DNA of 64,000 nt from Hyphomicrobiales bacterium (GCA_036881905.1 JBAJNN010000003.1:27448-91447), one strand, 5' to 3'. Positions 41,352-51,566 are shown, numbered from the stretch's first letter. Program-made: numbers and translations. Notes: generated from the letters alone by a model not told the origin.

Positions 41352-42680
41352 ATGCGTGAAGTTGTTTTGAAGACGATGACTGCCGGACGCCTTTTGGCTT
41401 TTGCGGAGCTTGTGGCCTTGGCGGGTCTTCTGGCGGCCTGTTCCAGCTCTGCCGAGCGATTCGAGACGCTCGCCAAGCCGGCGCGGTCGGCCGCGGTGAA
41501 TGATGACGTCGTTTATAGCGCGCCGATCAGCGTCAAAGGCAAGGCGGATGGGCCGGAGAGGTTGTCCGATAGCTCGATTCCCGGTGTCTGTTCCGGTTGT
41601 GGGAAAAACGCGGGCGGTGCGAATAGTGTGGGCCACCAGCCTTATAGCGGTACTGGCTCCGTCGGGAATGGTCGTAGTGTAATTGTGGGTATGGGGCAGA
41701 CCCTTTACGCCGTCGCCAGACAAAATGGTGTGCGCACCGAGGACGTTATTAAGGCCAATGGGTTGCTTCCGCCTTACCATCTCAAAGCGGGTCAACGTCT
41801 TTGGATCCCTCTTTCAACCCACCGCTCGGCAATGCCGGCGCAAAGCGCCAGGACCTTAGCGCCACCGGCATCTTCCGCGCAATCTTCTGTTGGGTCAAGG
41901 GCGCACATCGTGTGTCCGGGCGAAACACTCTACAGTCTCGGCCGAAGCTACGGTTTGCCGCCAAGTGAGATAGCAGCGTTCAACGGGTTTGAAAAATCCC
42001 GCCATCTTCGCATTGGCGAGACTGTCCTCATTCCGATGCGTCACTCTGATCCCAACTCAAATCTCCCGACAAGTGTAACCGACAGGCAGCAAGGGACGAG
42101 GGTGAAAACGGTTTCTTCCATGCCCATTGCCGGCGGTGCTTCCAACCAGCCGGAGACCACGGCCGTAACCGGTCAAATCGCCGCTTCAGGCGTTGCAACG
42201 GCCTCGGGCGCCACTGCGACCACTGCCACTCCGCCCGGTTCTCATCACACATCTAGCCAGACACCAGCCCTGACACGCGGATCCATTTCCAATTTCCGCT
42301 GGCCGGCCAAGGGGCGTATCATATCGCGCTACGGGCCGAAGGACGACGGATCGTCCAATGATGGTATCAACATCGCCGTTCCCGTGGGAACAAAAGTCCA
42401 TGCGGCGGAAAAGGGCGTTGTCGTCTATGCCGGCAATGAGCTGAAAGGATACGGCAATCTTGTCTTGATCCGTCATCTGGATAATTGGGTAACGGCTTAT
42501 GCCCATAATGACAAGCTGCTCGTGAGCCAGGGCGACAAGGTCAGGCGTGGAGATATTATCGCCAAGGCAGGTCGGTCCGGTTCAGTGACAAGTCCACAGA
42601 TTCATTTTGAGATTCGCAAAGGCTCGCAAACCGTCGATCCGCTGGATTATCTCGCTGATTCGGGGTTGTCCGCCAACTGA
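41352..42680 (+). CDS. nlpD: LysM-domain / M23-peptidase lipoprotein (NlpD-like murein hydrolase activator)
   Basis: Lipobox ...LAGLLAACSSS, two LysM-like segments (..GQTLYAVARQNGVRTEDVIKANGL.. and ..GETLYSLGRSYGLPPSEIAAFNGF..), and a C-terminal M23 domain (..GINIAVPVGTKVHAAEKGVVVYAG...HNDKLLV..PQIHFEIRKG). The start is uncertain (41310 GTG, or 41331, 41352, 41373). Confidence 0.8.
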   Translation: MREVVLKTMTAGRLLAFAELVALAGLLAACSSSAERFETLAKPARSAAVNDDVVYSAPISVKGKADGPERLSDSSIPGVCSGCGKNAGGANSVGHQPYSGTGSVGNGRSVIVGMGQTLYAVARQNGVRTEDVIKANGLLPPYHLKAGQRLWIPLSTHRSAMPAQSARTLAPPASSAQSSVGSRAHIVCPGETLYSLGRSYGLPPSEIAAFNGFEKSRHLRIGETVLIPMRHSDPNSNLPTSVTDRQQGTRVKTVSSMPIAGGASNQPETTAVTGQIAASGVATASGATATTATPPGSHHTSSQTPALTRGSISNFRWPAKGRIISRYGPKDDGSSNDGINIAVPVGTKVHAAEKGVVVYAGNELKGYGNLVLIRHLDNWVTAYAHNDKLLVSQGDKVRRGDIIAKAGRSGSVTSPQIHFEIRKGSQTVDPLDYLADSGLSAN

Positions 42681-42905
42681 AACGGCGAGGCTTGGGGTGC
42701 CGGAAACTATATTCCACGTCAATGTTTCACGTGAAACGCCCCTTTTCGTGGAACGGATAACATAAAGGGAGGTCTCAGCCCGAACACCACGCAAAAACAC
42801 ATTGTCGAAAGGCTCGACTTGCAAACGTCGCCAGTGTCGCTATAGTCATGCCCACGCTTCCCGCCAAGTGCGATAACGAGATGGTCAATTTCAGGAGTTG
42901 ATTGA

Positions 42906-43253
42906 ATGTTTGTGACCCCAGCCTACGCTCAGGGCCTCCTCGCAGGCGGCGGCCAGAATAATTGGCTGTTGCAGATCATGCCCATCATTTTGATCATGAT
43001 CATCTTCTATTTTCTGTTGATCCGCCCACAACAAAAGCGGGCCAGGCAGCACCAGGAAATGGTCGATGGCATTCGCCGTGGCGACATGGTCGTGACCGGC
43101 GGTGGACTTGTCGGCAAGGTGACCAAAATCACCGACGACACTGAAATTCAAGTCGAACTGGCTGAAAATGTTCGTGTTCGTGTGCTCAAAAACGTCGTCT
43201 CGGATGTCCGCGCAAAAAGCAAACCGGCCGCCAAAAACGAAAACGCCGGTTAG
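42906..43253 (+). CDS. yajC: Preprotein translocase subunit YajC
   Basis: ...IMPIILIMIIFYFLLIRPQQKRARQHQEMVDGIRRGDMVVTGGGLVGKVTKI... with an AGGAG RBS upstream. Confidence 0.9.
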   Translation: MFVTPAYAQGLLAGGGQNNWLLQIMPIILIMIIFYFLLIRPQQKRARQHQEMVDGIRRGDMVVTGGGLVGKVTKITDDTEIQVELAENVRVRVLKNVVSDVRAKSKPAAKNENAG

Positions 43254-43338
43254 CCGAGTTGGCGATTGAGCGGCCTCCAGCCCCATGGCGAAAAACGTTA
43301 GTTCCCCGCTCGGGGAAGGATGGGGCACGGAACGATCA

Positions 43339-44949
43339 ATGCTTTATTTCAGCAGATGGAAAATTGCCCTGATTGTCGCTGTCGTCGGTTTCGGCGCATT
43401 GCTGGCGGCGCCGAATGTTTTGCCCGCGAATTTTCGCGCCGCATTGTCAGGATGGTTGCCCTCCGACACGGTCAATCTTGGTCTTGACCTTAAAGGAGGC
43501 TCTTACCTTCTGCTTGAGGTTGATCGTAAGGATCTCGTCGCGCATTTGGCTAAACAACTTCAAGGTGATGTGCGCCAAATCTTGCGCAAGAATCATATAG
43601 GCTATGTCGATTTAAAGCGTGGCACCCAGGGTGTGAGTGTACGAATCCGTAATGCCTCCGACGTTGAAAAGGCCCTTGACGCAATCAAGGGACTTGCCGA
43701 ACCGATCTCCCCAAGGGGTATCGGACCCCTCGCCGGGGAGCGCGATGTTGACGTGTGCAGTGATGGTCGGATGATCACGCTGCAATTCACCGCTAAGGGA
43801 GTGGATGCCAAAATCTCCGGCGCGGTCGAGCAGGCGATTGAGGTGATCCGCCGTCGAATCGACGCGCTGGGCACGACCGAGCCGACGATACGGCGTCAAG
43901 GTACAAACCGGATCGTTGTACAGGTGCCGGGCTTCCAGGAGCCTGAGCGATTGAAAGAGCTCTTAAGTGCAACGGCAAAGTTACAATTCAGACTGCTTTG
44001 CCGGGACCAACCAAAAAGTGCAAAGCCCCGGCGCGCGCCACCGGGCTGCGAGTTGCTGTATTCGCGCGATCCCGCCGGAAGGCCCTATTTCGTTCAGACC
44101 GCCAGCAGTGCCGGTGTGGATGGTGAGGATTTGGTTCTGGCTCGACCGGATTTTGCCGGGCGAACCAACGAACCTGTTGTTACATTTCTTTTCAACCAGC
44201 ATGGCGCGATGCGCTTTGGCCGCCTGACACAAGCCAATGTCGGGCGTCGCTTCGCCATTATTCTTGATAATTCCGTTATTTCGGCTCCGGTCATTCATGA
44301 GCCGATTCTCGGCGGGACCGGTCAGATCAGCGGCAACTTCACGCTACAGAGCGCCAATGACCTGGCAATCTTGTTGCGTTCGGGCGCACTGCCGGCGAAA
44401 CTTGTCATCATTCAAGAACGCACGGTCGGAGCGACCCTTGGCGCCGACTCGATCGCCGCGGGTGAGTTGGCCTCGATCATTGCCATCATCGCTGTTGTCC
44501 TGTTCATGGTGATAACCTATGGGCTGTTTGGGATGTTTGCCGATATTGCCCTGGCGGCGAACCTTGTTGTCCTGCTTGGTCTTTTGTCATTCCTGCGGGC
44601 AACGCTGACATTACCCGGAATTGCCGGTATCGTTTTAACGGTCGGCATGGCTGTCGATGCCAATGTCCTGATTTTCGAGCGTATTCGTGAAGAATGGCGG
44701 GCCGGACGTTCTCCGATCAATGCCATTGATACCGGGTTCAAACGGGCATTGGGCACAATCTTTGATGCCAATATCACAACCCTGATCGTCGCCGCCATTC
44801 TCTTCTGTCTGGGCTCCGGTCCTGTACGCGGCTTTGCCGTGACCCTTGCTCTTGGCATCATGACCTCGGTCTTCACCGCCTTCACCCTGACAAGATTGCT
44901 GGTTGCCCTGTGGGTTGGCAGAACCCGGCCCAAAACCATCCCATTTTAG
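43339..44949 (+). CDS. secD: Protein translocase subunit SecD
   Basis: MLYFSRWKIALIVAVVGFGALLAAPN...LGLDLKGGSYLLLEVD... plus C-terminal TM bundle. The ORF track starts at 43285. Confidence 0.9.
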   Translation: MLYFSRWKIALIVAVVGFGALLAAPNVLPANFRAALSGWLPSDTVNLGLDLKGGSYLLLEVDRKDLVAHLAKQLQGDVRQILRKNHIGYVDLKRGTQGVSVRIRNASDVEKALDAIKGLAEPISPRGIGPLAGERDVDVCSDGRMITLQFTAKGVDAKISGAVEQAIEVIRRRIDALGTTEPTIRRQGTNRIVVQVPGFQEPERLKELLSATAKLQFRLLCRDQPKSAKPRRAPPGCELLYSRDPAGRPYFVQTASSAGVDGEDLVLARPDFAGRTNEPVVTFLFNQHGAMRFGRLTQANVGRRFAIILDNSVISAPVIHEPILGGTGQISGNFTLQSANDLAILLRSGALPAKLVIIQERTVGATLGADSIAAGELASIIAIIAVVLFMVITYGLFGMFADIALAANLVVLLGLLSFLRATLTLPGIAGIVLTVGMAVDANVLIFERIREEWRAGRSPINAIDTGFKRALGTIFDANITTLIVAAILFCLGSGPVRGFAVTLALGIMTSVFTAFTLTRLLVALWVGRTRPKTIPF

Positions 44950-44997
44950 TGCGTATCCACACTCAAAAGGCTCAAGCCCAGCATAGGGAAACCCGTC

Positions 44998-45945
44998 ATG
45001 CGTTTGCTTCGCTTCGTTCCGGACAATACAGCCATCGCCTTCATGCGCCTGTCGCGTGTGGCCTATCTGTGTTCCAGCCTTGGCCTTCTTGCCTCACTTG
45101 TCTTGTTTTTCACCATGGGACTAAACTATGGCATCGATTTTCGCGGTGGAACTCTAGTCGAGATCAAAACGAAAACCCCGGCCCGAATTGCCGAGCTGCG
45201 CTCAACGCTTGCGACGCTCGGCCTTGGCGAGGTTGAAATACAGCAGTTTGGCGCCAGCGACGACATACTTATAAGATTGGTGCGCCAACCGGGGGGCGAT
45301 GACGCCCAACAAGACGCCGTCGGCCGGCTCAAACAGGCCCTCGGGCCCGACGTCACCTATCGTCGCACCGAGGTTATCGGCCCGAAGGTCTCCAAAGAGC
45401 TTGCCCGTCAGGGTACCATTGCCGTTTTGGCAGCCGTGATGGCGGTCCTGATTTACATCTGGTTGCGCTTCGAATGGCAGTTTGCCATTGGCGCGGTGCT
45501 GGCGCTGGTGCATGATATCACGCTGACCATTGGAATATTCTGTGTTTTTCAGTTCCAGTTCACTTTATCGATCATTGCCGCGTTGCTCACCATTGTCGGC
45601 TATTCTCTGAACGACACCGTGGTCGTTTATGACCGCATTCGTGAAAATCTGCGTAAATATAAAAAGAAGCCACTGCCGGAGCTCATCGATCTCTCGATCA
45701 ACGAAACCCTGTCACGCACGACATTGACCTCGTTCACGACAGTGCTGGCCTTGCTTGCTTTGTACATTTTCGGCGGGGAGGTGATCCGTGATTTTACCTT
45801 CGCCATGCTCTGGGGAGTGGTTGTTGGGACGTATTCATCGATTTTCGTGGCTTCGCCGCTCCTGATCACGCTGGGTATGATGAAGCGTAATAGGGGGCAG
45901 GGTGATCTTTCACCGCAAAAACAAACCCATACCTCGCAGTGCTAA
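44998..45945 (+). CDS. secF: Protein translocase subunit SecF
   Basis: ...GLNYGIDFRGGTLVEIKT..., ...GYSLNDTVVVYDRIRENLRKYKK... Confidence 0.9.
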   Translation: MRLLRFVPDNTAIAFMRLSRVAYLCSSLGLLASLVLFFTMGLNYGIDFRGGTLVEIKTKTPARIAELRSTLATLGLGEVEIQQFGASDDILIRLVRQPGGDDAQQDAVGRLKQALGPDVTYRRTEVIGPKVSKELARQGTIAVLAAVMAVLIYIWLRFEWQFAIGAVLALVHDITLTIGIFCVFQFQFTLSIIAALLTIVGYSLNDTVVVYDRIRENLRKYKKKPLPELIDLSINETLSRTTLTSFTTVLALLALYIFGGEVIRDFTFAMLWGVVVGTYSSIFVASPLLITLGMMKRNRGQGDLSPQKQTHTSQC

Positions 45946-45972
45946 CGGTTTTGCCCGCTCGCCGCCACAATC

Positions 45973-46863
45973 ATGTTTTTATCCAGCTTATTCATGAGGG
46001 CCACTAGGATTGCAGATGGGGCAGGGAAGGGCGAGGCTTGGCGCTACTGCCTCGATCTGGTGCGCAAAACCGATAAGGACCGCTTCCTGTCGGCCCTGTT
46101 TGCTCCGGACCAACACCGCATGCCGCTTCTGGCGCTTTATGCCTTCAATGTCGAGACGGCGCGTATATGCGAACATATCAGCGAGCCGATGCTGGGAGAA
46201 ATTCGGCTGGAATGGTGGCATGGCGAGGTGGCCGGGCTTTTTGCCGGCCGGGTTGGCGATCACCCGGTTCTGCGCGCGCTCTCTGGCCCGGCGATGAGCG
46301 GAAGACTGTCGCGGCGAGGGCTGGAGACTCTGCTGCAAGCCCGCCGTTTCGACCTCTATGATGATTCTATGCCGACAGTTGATGATCTTGAGAGCTACCT
46401 TGACAAGACATCGTCGTCGCTGATTGAAATGGCCTGCTCCATTCTTGCCGGAGAGGGTGGGGCGACGGCCGCGCGAGCAGCCGGCGTTGCCTACGGTCTT
46501 GTCGGGCTGATGCGGGCTTTGCCGATCCATAACCGGCATGGACAATGTTACATACCAGCCGATCTGCTCAAAATGCACGCGATGACCCGCGCCGACATTG
46601 TCTCCGGCCTGTGGAGCAGGCCCTATGGCGAGGTCCTGGCAACGCTGCGCCGCATCGTGCGCGATCGGCTGTCACAAGCGCGGATGTATGCACAAAACCT
46701 GCCGCCCCGCCTGCTACCGGCGTTTCTACCGGTCAGTCTGGTTGATCTTTATCTCAAACAGTTGGAAAGCGCGGTAGCGCAATCTGTAAAACAGACAGGC
46801 GATGTGTCGCAACTGCGAAAACAGTGGCGGTTATGGTCTTGTGCATTACGTGAAAGATTTTAA
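45973..46863 (+). CDS. Phytoene/squalene-synthase-family protein (NDUFAF6-like)
   Basis: ...YCLDLVRKTDKDRFLSALFAPDQHRMPLLALYAFNVETARI...; the position downstream of secDF is common in Rhizobiales. Confidence 0.65.
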   Translation: MFLSSLFMRATRIADGAGKGEAWRYCLDLVRKTDKDRFLSALFAPDQHRMPLLALYAFNVETARICEHISEPMLGEIRLEWWHGEVAGLFAGRVGDHPVLRALSGPAMSGRLSRRGLETLLQARRFDLYDDSMPTVDDLESYLDKTSSSLIEMACSILAGEGGATAARAAGVAYGLVGLMRALPIHNRHGQCYIPADLLKMHAMTRADIVSGLWSRPYGEVLATLRRIVRDRLSQARMYAQNLPPRLLPAFLPVSLVDLYLKQLESAVAQSVKQTGDVSQLRKQWRLWSCALRERF

Positions 46864-47542
46864 AATCGCGCGAGGGTGGCATCTTCGGTCTGAAAAACAG
46901 CTTTTCAGACTGCCTCCACAGGCACTATCGCGTTCGGCGGCTTCGCGTGAGGGAACCAGACGGCGCAACAGTCCGAATGGAGCGAGCGGAACGAAAGCGA
47001 CGCTCAGTTTCACGTAAAAATCGCCGCCGGCCCAACCTGTCCAAATCGGTGCATCAATGTTAAACCAACCAAGGGAATAGGTGGTCGTCTCAAGGTCGGT
47101 ACCGGCGAAAGCCAAGGTAAAAAACCAGACAGTGTCGATCAATGATCCGAGTATGGATGATGCCAAAGGCCCCTCCATTTTTCGTGTCCGAGGCGATCGA
47201 ATATGAAAACGTCAAGCAGCTTAAGCGATCGAGAAAGTACCGGCCGAGGCGAATGCGATGCGCATTGTGGCCAGGATCGTTGATAAAATTGCCGCCGGCG
47301 CGAACCCGGCATAAACCATATAACGCGCAATAGCCGGTCCACAGCGGCGATTGGTCAGATCGGTGACGAAAAGGCCGGCGGATAGGTGAACGCTCCCCAG
47401 GTTAGCCGGTTTTCAAGCCCAAAGGGTTCAAACCGGTATTGCACCGGAATATTCGAGGTGATGACCACGATGGCCATGGCGCCGATCGCAACCATGGAAA
47501 GGACTTTACCAGGTATCGAAGCACCTGTTTTCTACGTCTCAT
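46846..47542 (-). pseudogene. yhhQ: Queuosine-precursor transporter (YhhQ/DUF165 family) disrupted by 3-4 frameshifts
   Basis: Homology to E. coli YhhQ is spread over different frames. The fragments are [15 protein letters not shown]; MVAIGAMAIVVITSNIPVQYRFEPFGLENRLTWGAFTYPP; LFVTDLTNRRCGPAIARYMVYAGF...SAGTFSIA; LLDVFIFDRLGHEKWRG; and PLASSILGSLIDTVWFFTLAFAG... The total span of ~232 codons matches family length. The ATG at 47542 overlaps the rpmB stop (ATGA). Confidence 0.65.
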
Positions 47543-47844
47543 GGTCTGTCTGGAGAAGAATTGGCGATGACACTCTTGTGAATACGGCGTTTGAGGCGGC
47601 GCGCTTTTAGGGATAAGGTCTGCTCGCGGGCCTTGACCAGAAAGGCATCGAGCCCGCCGCAATGCTCCACATCTCTTAAGGCCTTGGCGCTGATGCGGAA
47701 ACGATAAGATTGCCCGATGGCATCGCTCACAAGGTGCACATTGGACAAATTGGGCAGAAAACGGCGGCGCGTCCTGTTATTCGCATGGCTGACATTATTG
47801 CCTGCGAGTACGCCTTTTCCGGTCAATTCGCAACGACGGGCCAT
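47539..47844 (-). CDS. rpmB: 50S ribosomal protein L28
   Basis: [41 protein letters not shown]... Confidence 0.92.
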   Translation of the reverse strand: MARRCELTGKGVLAGNNVSHANNRTRRRFLPNLSNVHLVSDAIGQSYRFRISAKALRDVEHCGGLDAFLVKAREQTLSLKARRLKRRIHKSVIANSSPDRP

Positions 47845-48003
47845 GACAATACTCCTCAATCTCCTGGTACAAGGATGTTCAGTTCCTCAAATCCTCTGCC
47901 GGTCGGCGTCGACATGAGCAACCCGACCAAGCTGAACGCACTCGCGGCCGGCAGAGAATTTTAACAGTTTACTCCTATAGGACGTGCGACCGTTATCGTC
48001 AAG

Positions 48004-48110
48004 CTAGAGCATAATCCAACCGGAGCGGAGCGAGGATCGACAAGATTATGCTTAAAAAACAATCAATTATGGTATTTTCCGTGGCAATGGAATCATGGAA
48101 AATGCCCTAG
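48004..48110 (-). repeat. Bipartite palindromic intergenic repeat, copy C (inverted relative to A/B)
   Basis: CTAGAGCATAATCC...GATCGACAAGATTATGC, then a different second palindrome GGTATTTTCC...GGAAAATGCC, ending in CCTAG. Confidence 0.75.
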
Positions 48111-48171
48111 TGCCGAATGGCGTGTCGACTTATGCGGCGTCGGCCCCGAAAATATACTAGGACTCTCGACC

Positions 48172-49035
48172 ATGACGTTTTTTTCATCGAACCATTTTTT
48201 ATCGAAGCGCCGCCTTTTTCTGTTCAGTTCCGCCCTTATCGCCATCGGGCTTTCGCAACCGGCCGCTACGGCGGAGATCGAACCCATATCCCTGGCTTAT
48301 GACGTCTCCATCAGAGGGATACGCGTTTCCACCATCGACCTTAAGATTGACCTCAAGCCACAAGGTTACGACGCTACCTTGGAAACCGACACAGTCGGGC
48401 TTGCCGGCTGGTTTTTCGACGAGGCCATCTCTTCAAGTGTGTCGGGAACCTTCATTAACGGCAACCCCCGTGCGGCACACTATCATCTGGAGGACAGCAA
48501 AGGTAGTCGAACGAAACTCATCGACGTTGATTGGTCGGGTACAGAGGTGAGGACCAGACGCTCCTACACACTTGATTCCAAGAGGGCTTCCGCCATCCGC
48601 AAAGTGTTGAAACCGGATATGTTCGATCCCATTTCGACCGTATTGCGGCATGCGCTTGAGGCGGAGAATATATCGTGCAAAGGCAAAAGGCGCATTTATG
48701 ACGGCAAGGAAGTGTTCGACCTTGAGTTCAAATTTTTGCAAGCAGACACTTTCGGTGTCGGCGATGCCGGTGTTTACCGCGGACCTTCTTTTGTTTGCCG
48801 GGTGGCATATAAGCCGGTCGCCGGGCAATCGAAGCGTAAACTGGAACGCATTGCCAAAAATCCGATACGCTACCGGGTCTGGTTTGCGCTGGTCTATGCT
48901 CAATCTCTCGGCCGTAATCTGATTTTGCCGGTCGCGGCCACCGGTAAAATCAAGGGCTATGACGCCGTCATCGTCACTCGCGCGGCCACCATCGGCGGCA
49001 AGCCGTTAAACGGGCAATCCCTGACGAAACGTTGA
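48172..49035 (+). CDS. DUF3108-domain protein (secreted, beta-rich)
   Basis: It has a signal-peptide-like N-terminus (...LFLFSSALIAIGLSQPAATAE) and a beta-strand-like composition. The rpmB-adjacent position is what I recall for Rhizobiales DUF3108. Confidence 0.5.
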   Translation: MTFFSSNHFLSKRRLFLFSSALIAIGLSQPAATAEIEPISLAYDVSIRGIRVSTIDLKIDLKPQGYDATLETDTVGLAGWFFDEAISSSVSGTFINGNPRAAHYHLEDSKGSRTKLIDVDWSGTEVRTRRSYTLDSKRASAIRKVLKPDMFDPISTVLRHALEAENISCKGKRRIYDGKEVFDLEFKFLQADTFGVGDAGVYRGPSFVCRVAYKPVAGQSKRKLERIAKNPIRYRVWFALVYAQSLGRNLILPVAATGKIKGYDAVIVTRAATIGGKPLNGQSLTKR

Positions 49036-49044
49036 TACGGCCGT

Positions 49045-50286
49045 TCACATCGGCCAGGTTCGTTCGTCTTCGGGGTTGACGATTGCGCCGTTCTGTCCAT
49101 CGGATTTCTGTTCGACAAACAGAAGACAGGCCGGAATGGCAATTCCCATGACGACCAGCCCGGTCAAGGGGAAGATCACGCTGCCGAAGCTGGCCGGGAC
49201 ATTGAATAACGCCAGAGCGAACACAAGCGGCAGCCCGGCATTGACGGCCCTGAACGCCACGGTGATCCGACCGCCCCACAACGCCGAGTCCCTGTGGCTC
49301 CGCAGCTGCCCGAAAACACCGCGGCGGATTCTGATGCGGGTCGAATTGAAGCCGAAACCGATGATGAAGGAAAAAAGGAGCGCCAATTCCGTTCCAAGCG
49401 GCCAGACGACACCCACATCGCCCACCACCACGGCGAAACAGGCCGCATAGGCGAGATATTTCCACGAGGACAGGGGGATGAAGGTCGCAATCAACGCACC
49501 CACCCCGGCGGCGGCGCTCACCAAGCCATAATCGGCCGCCGTCATGCTCTCCCGGCTTTCGTAAATAAGCGGAACGAAAAAGTTGAATCCACCGATCTGA
49601 ATGGCCAGAATGCCCATGCAGGCCGTGAGAATCCAAAGAATTTGCCTTCTGCCCTTGCTGTCTGAAGGATTCTCCGGACCATCGTCATGAGGTTGGGCGC
49701 GCGATTGGTGAGCCGCCGAGTGAAACGCATCGGCAAAAAACAGAAGCAACAGACTGGCGGCGAAACTCGCGGCAATGGCGATGAAGACATAGCGGGTGCC
49801 GAATTGGGCGATCAGCAGACCGGCCAGGGCATTGCCGGCAAAGACGCCAAGCTGAATCGCCGTTTGCGATAATCTTGAAGCCTGGTCCGCATCAAGCACT
49901 CCGGCAATGGTCAACTGCCCCATCAGGGTTTCAATGCATTGCTGGCTGATAAAGATAATAAAGGTCAGATAAGCGGCGATGATCACCAGAGACAAGAGGG
50001 TGTAGTCACTGATGGCCAGACCGGCGTAAAGCGCCGCGGGAATGCCGACAATACGGGAGAAAACGATCATCGACAGCGGTCGCCGGTCGATGGCGTTGCG
50101 CAATGGCTTGAACAGAAACTGCGCCAGAAAGGGAACGATATTCATCACGAAAAGGGTCACGCCGATCACGAAAGGCGATTGGCCGAGCCTGGCGCTGGTC
50201 CACAAAAGCCCGACCGTGACCATTCCTTCACCGAGCATGGTGACCGCCAGCAGAAAGACAAAGATGAAAATGGATTTTTTGCTCAT
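49045..50286 (-). CDS. MFS transporter (last gene of the YqcI/cupin/ATP-grasp operon)
   Basis: MSKKSIFIFVFLLAVTMLGEGMVTVGLLW..., 413 aa, about 12 TM-like segments. The ATG at 50286 overlaps the ATP-grasp stop (ATGA). The upstream part of the listed 492-aa ORF is Arg-rich and non-membrane. Confidence 0.7.
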   Translation of the reverse strand: MSKKSIFIFVFLLAVTMLGEGMVTVGLLWTSARLGQSPFVIGVTLFVMNIVPFLAQFLFKPLRNAIDRRPLSMIVFSRIVGIPAALYAGLAISDYTLLSLVIIAAYLTFIIFISQQCIETLMGQLTIAGVLDADQASRLSQTAIQLGVFAGNALAGLLIAQFGTRYVFIAIAASFAASLLLLFFADAFHSAAHQSRAQPHDDGPENPSDSKGRRQILWILTACMGILAIQIGGFNFFVPLIYESRESMTAADYGLVSAAAGVGALIATFIPLSSWKYLAYAACFAVVVGDVGVVWPLGTELALLFSFIIGFGFNSTRIRIRRGVFGQLRSHRDSALWGGRITVAFRAVNAGLPLVFALALFNVPASFGSVIFPLTGLVVMGIAIPACLLFVEQKSDGQNGAIVNPEDERTWPM

Positions 50287-51560
50287 CGCTTCATGTCCTC
50301 CATCGTGAATATGAGGTTTTGTCGTTCGAGGTCCCGAATCCGTGCAATGTCGGTTTCGACAATTGCCGGATTGTCGTGAGACAATTCGATCATGGCCGGG
50401 CAGGTGACAAGATCGACGGTTTCGGCGATGGCTTCTCCTCGCCTGACAAGCCAGCACGCTTTCACAAAAGAAGGCAGCGACTCGATAACTTTTCGGCCTG
50501 GAATATCCGACAGAAGGCCGCAACGCTCATTGCCAAGAAAACACACCGATGCCGCGCGGATTTTTCTGATGGTAAGCGGATCGCGCCCGCGCTGTCGCGA
50601 GGGGAGAGAGGCGTCGATCAACGCATCAAGGAAAGACGGCTGAATATTGGAATCGATCACGCAAGCCCCGATACCGCCATGGGCGCGGGCGGCGATTTCA
50701 ACCAGCAAAGGCCCGCTCGCAGTCAGCATGATTTCCGCGTGAACCGCTCCAACCTCGATGTCAACCGCCCTTGCCACCGTCTCGCAATAGGCAATGATTC
50801 TCGGGTCGATGGCCGGATCATTGGGAGCGTGGAAGTCGATCCGGTCATAGATCATCGCCCCCTCGCGATCGAGCTTGCGATACCGACCCACGGCGAAGAC
50901 CGTCAGCCCCGCCGCGGACATGATCCCGTCCACCGTGTGTTCAACGCCGCGCATGAATTCCTGGACCAGAACCCCGCCGGTGTTGTTGGCGTATTTATCG
51001 CCATGTTCAAGAATGAAGGCGGCATGTCGTTCGAGACAACGCCGATCATGGCAAATGCGAACCAGATCGCTTCCCGAACTGGCTTCCGGCTTGACTACGA
51101 CCGGAAATCCCACCTTTTCGGCCCATGCCAGGCAAGCGCGAACCGAATCGCAGCGCCTCTGCGCGCAAATTTCGATTCCGTTTGCCTGAACCACCGCCAT
51201 CATCCGGGTCTTGTTGCGGCGTTTGTCGGTGGTTTTTGGATCGTTGCCGGGCAGGCCGAAGCGTGAAGCCAGCTCTTCGGCGAGGCGAACGCCGCTTTCA
51301 GCCCCGGGAATAACGGCATTCAGACCGACCCGGTCGAGTTTGGCAATGAAATCGGGATCGGTTTGACGATAGATGGCCGGAAAGACACTCTCGGTTCCTT
51401 CAAAATCGCGGGTGAAGATCGCCACGCAATCGGCATTCCTCTCCATCAGGCGTTTGGCGATGAAGGCACCGGCGGAGTTAGGATCGACGACGCCGACCGC
51501 CAGCCCGGACAAATCGCGGCCATCCAACGACCGGGGCGGAGAGGGAGAGTGTCGCGTCAT
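50283..51560 (-). CDS. ATP-grasp domain protein (amino-acid/carboxylate-amine ligase-like)
   Basis: ...GFPVVVKPEASSGSDLVRICHD..., ...GGVLVQEFMRGVEHTVDGI..., ...GAVHAEIMLTASGPLLVEIAARAHGG... give the canonical ATP-grasp motif order. Confidence 0.7.
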   Translation of the reverse strand: MTRHSPSPPRSLDGRDLSGLAVGVVDPNSAGAFIAKRLMERNADCVAIFTRDFEGTESVFPAIYRQTDPDFIAKLDRVGLNAVIPGAESGVRLAEELASRFGLPGNDPKTTDKRRNKTRMMAVVQANGIEICAQRRCDSVRACLAWAEKVGFPVVVKPEASSGSDLVRICHDRRCLERHAAFILEHGDKYANNTGGVLVQEFMRGVEHTVDGIMSAAGLTVFAVGRYRKLDREGAMIYDRIDFHAPNDPAIDPRIIAYCETVARAVDIEVGAVHAEIMLTASGPLLVEIAARAHGGIGACVIDSNIQPSFLDALIDASLPSRQRGRDPLTIRKIRAASVCFLGNERCGLLSDIPGRKVIESLPSFVKACWLVRRGEAIAETVDLVTCPAMIELSHDNPAIVETDIARIRDLERQNLIFTMEDMKR

Positions 51561-51566
51561 GGCCTG

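Noticed and set aside
901-47542. The idea that all frameshifts (the MFS at ~1175, yhhQ-like and the membrane ORF at ~52840) are simply sequencing errors.
   Set aside because: This is not fully rejected. It is considered less likely because more than 8 kb of rpoBC and all other long genes are intact, while yhhQ alone carries 3-4 indels. It needs read-level confirmation.
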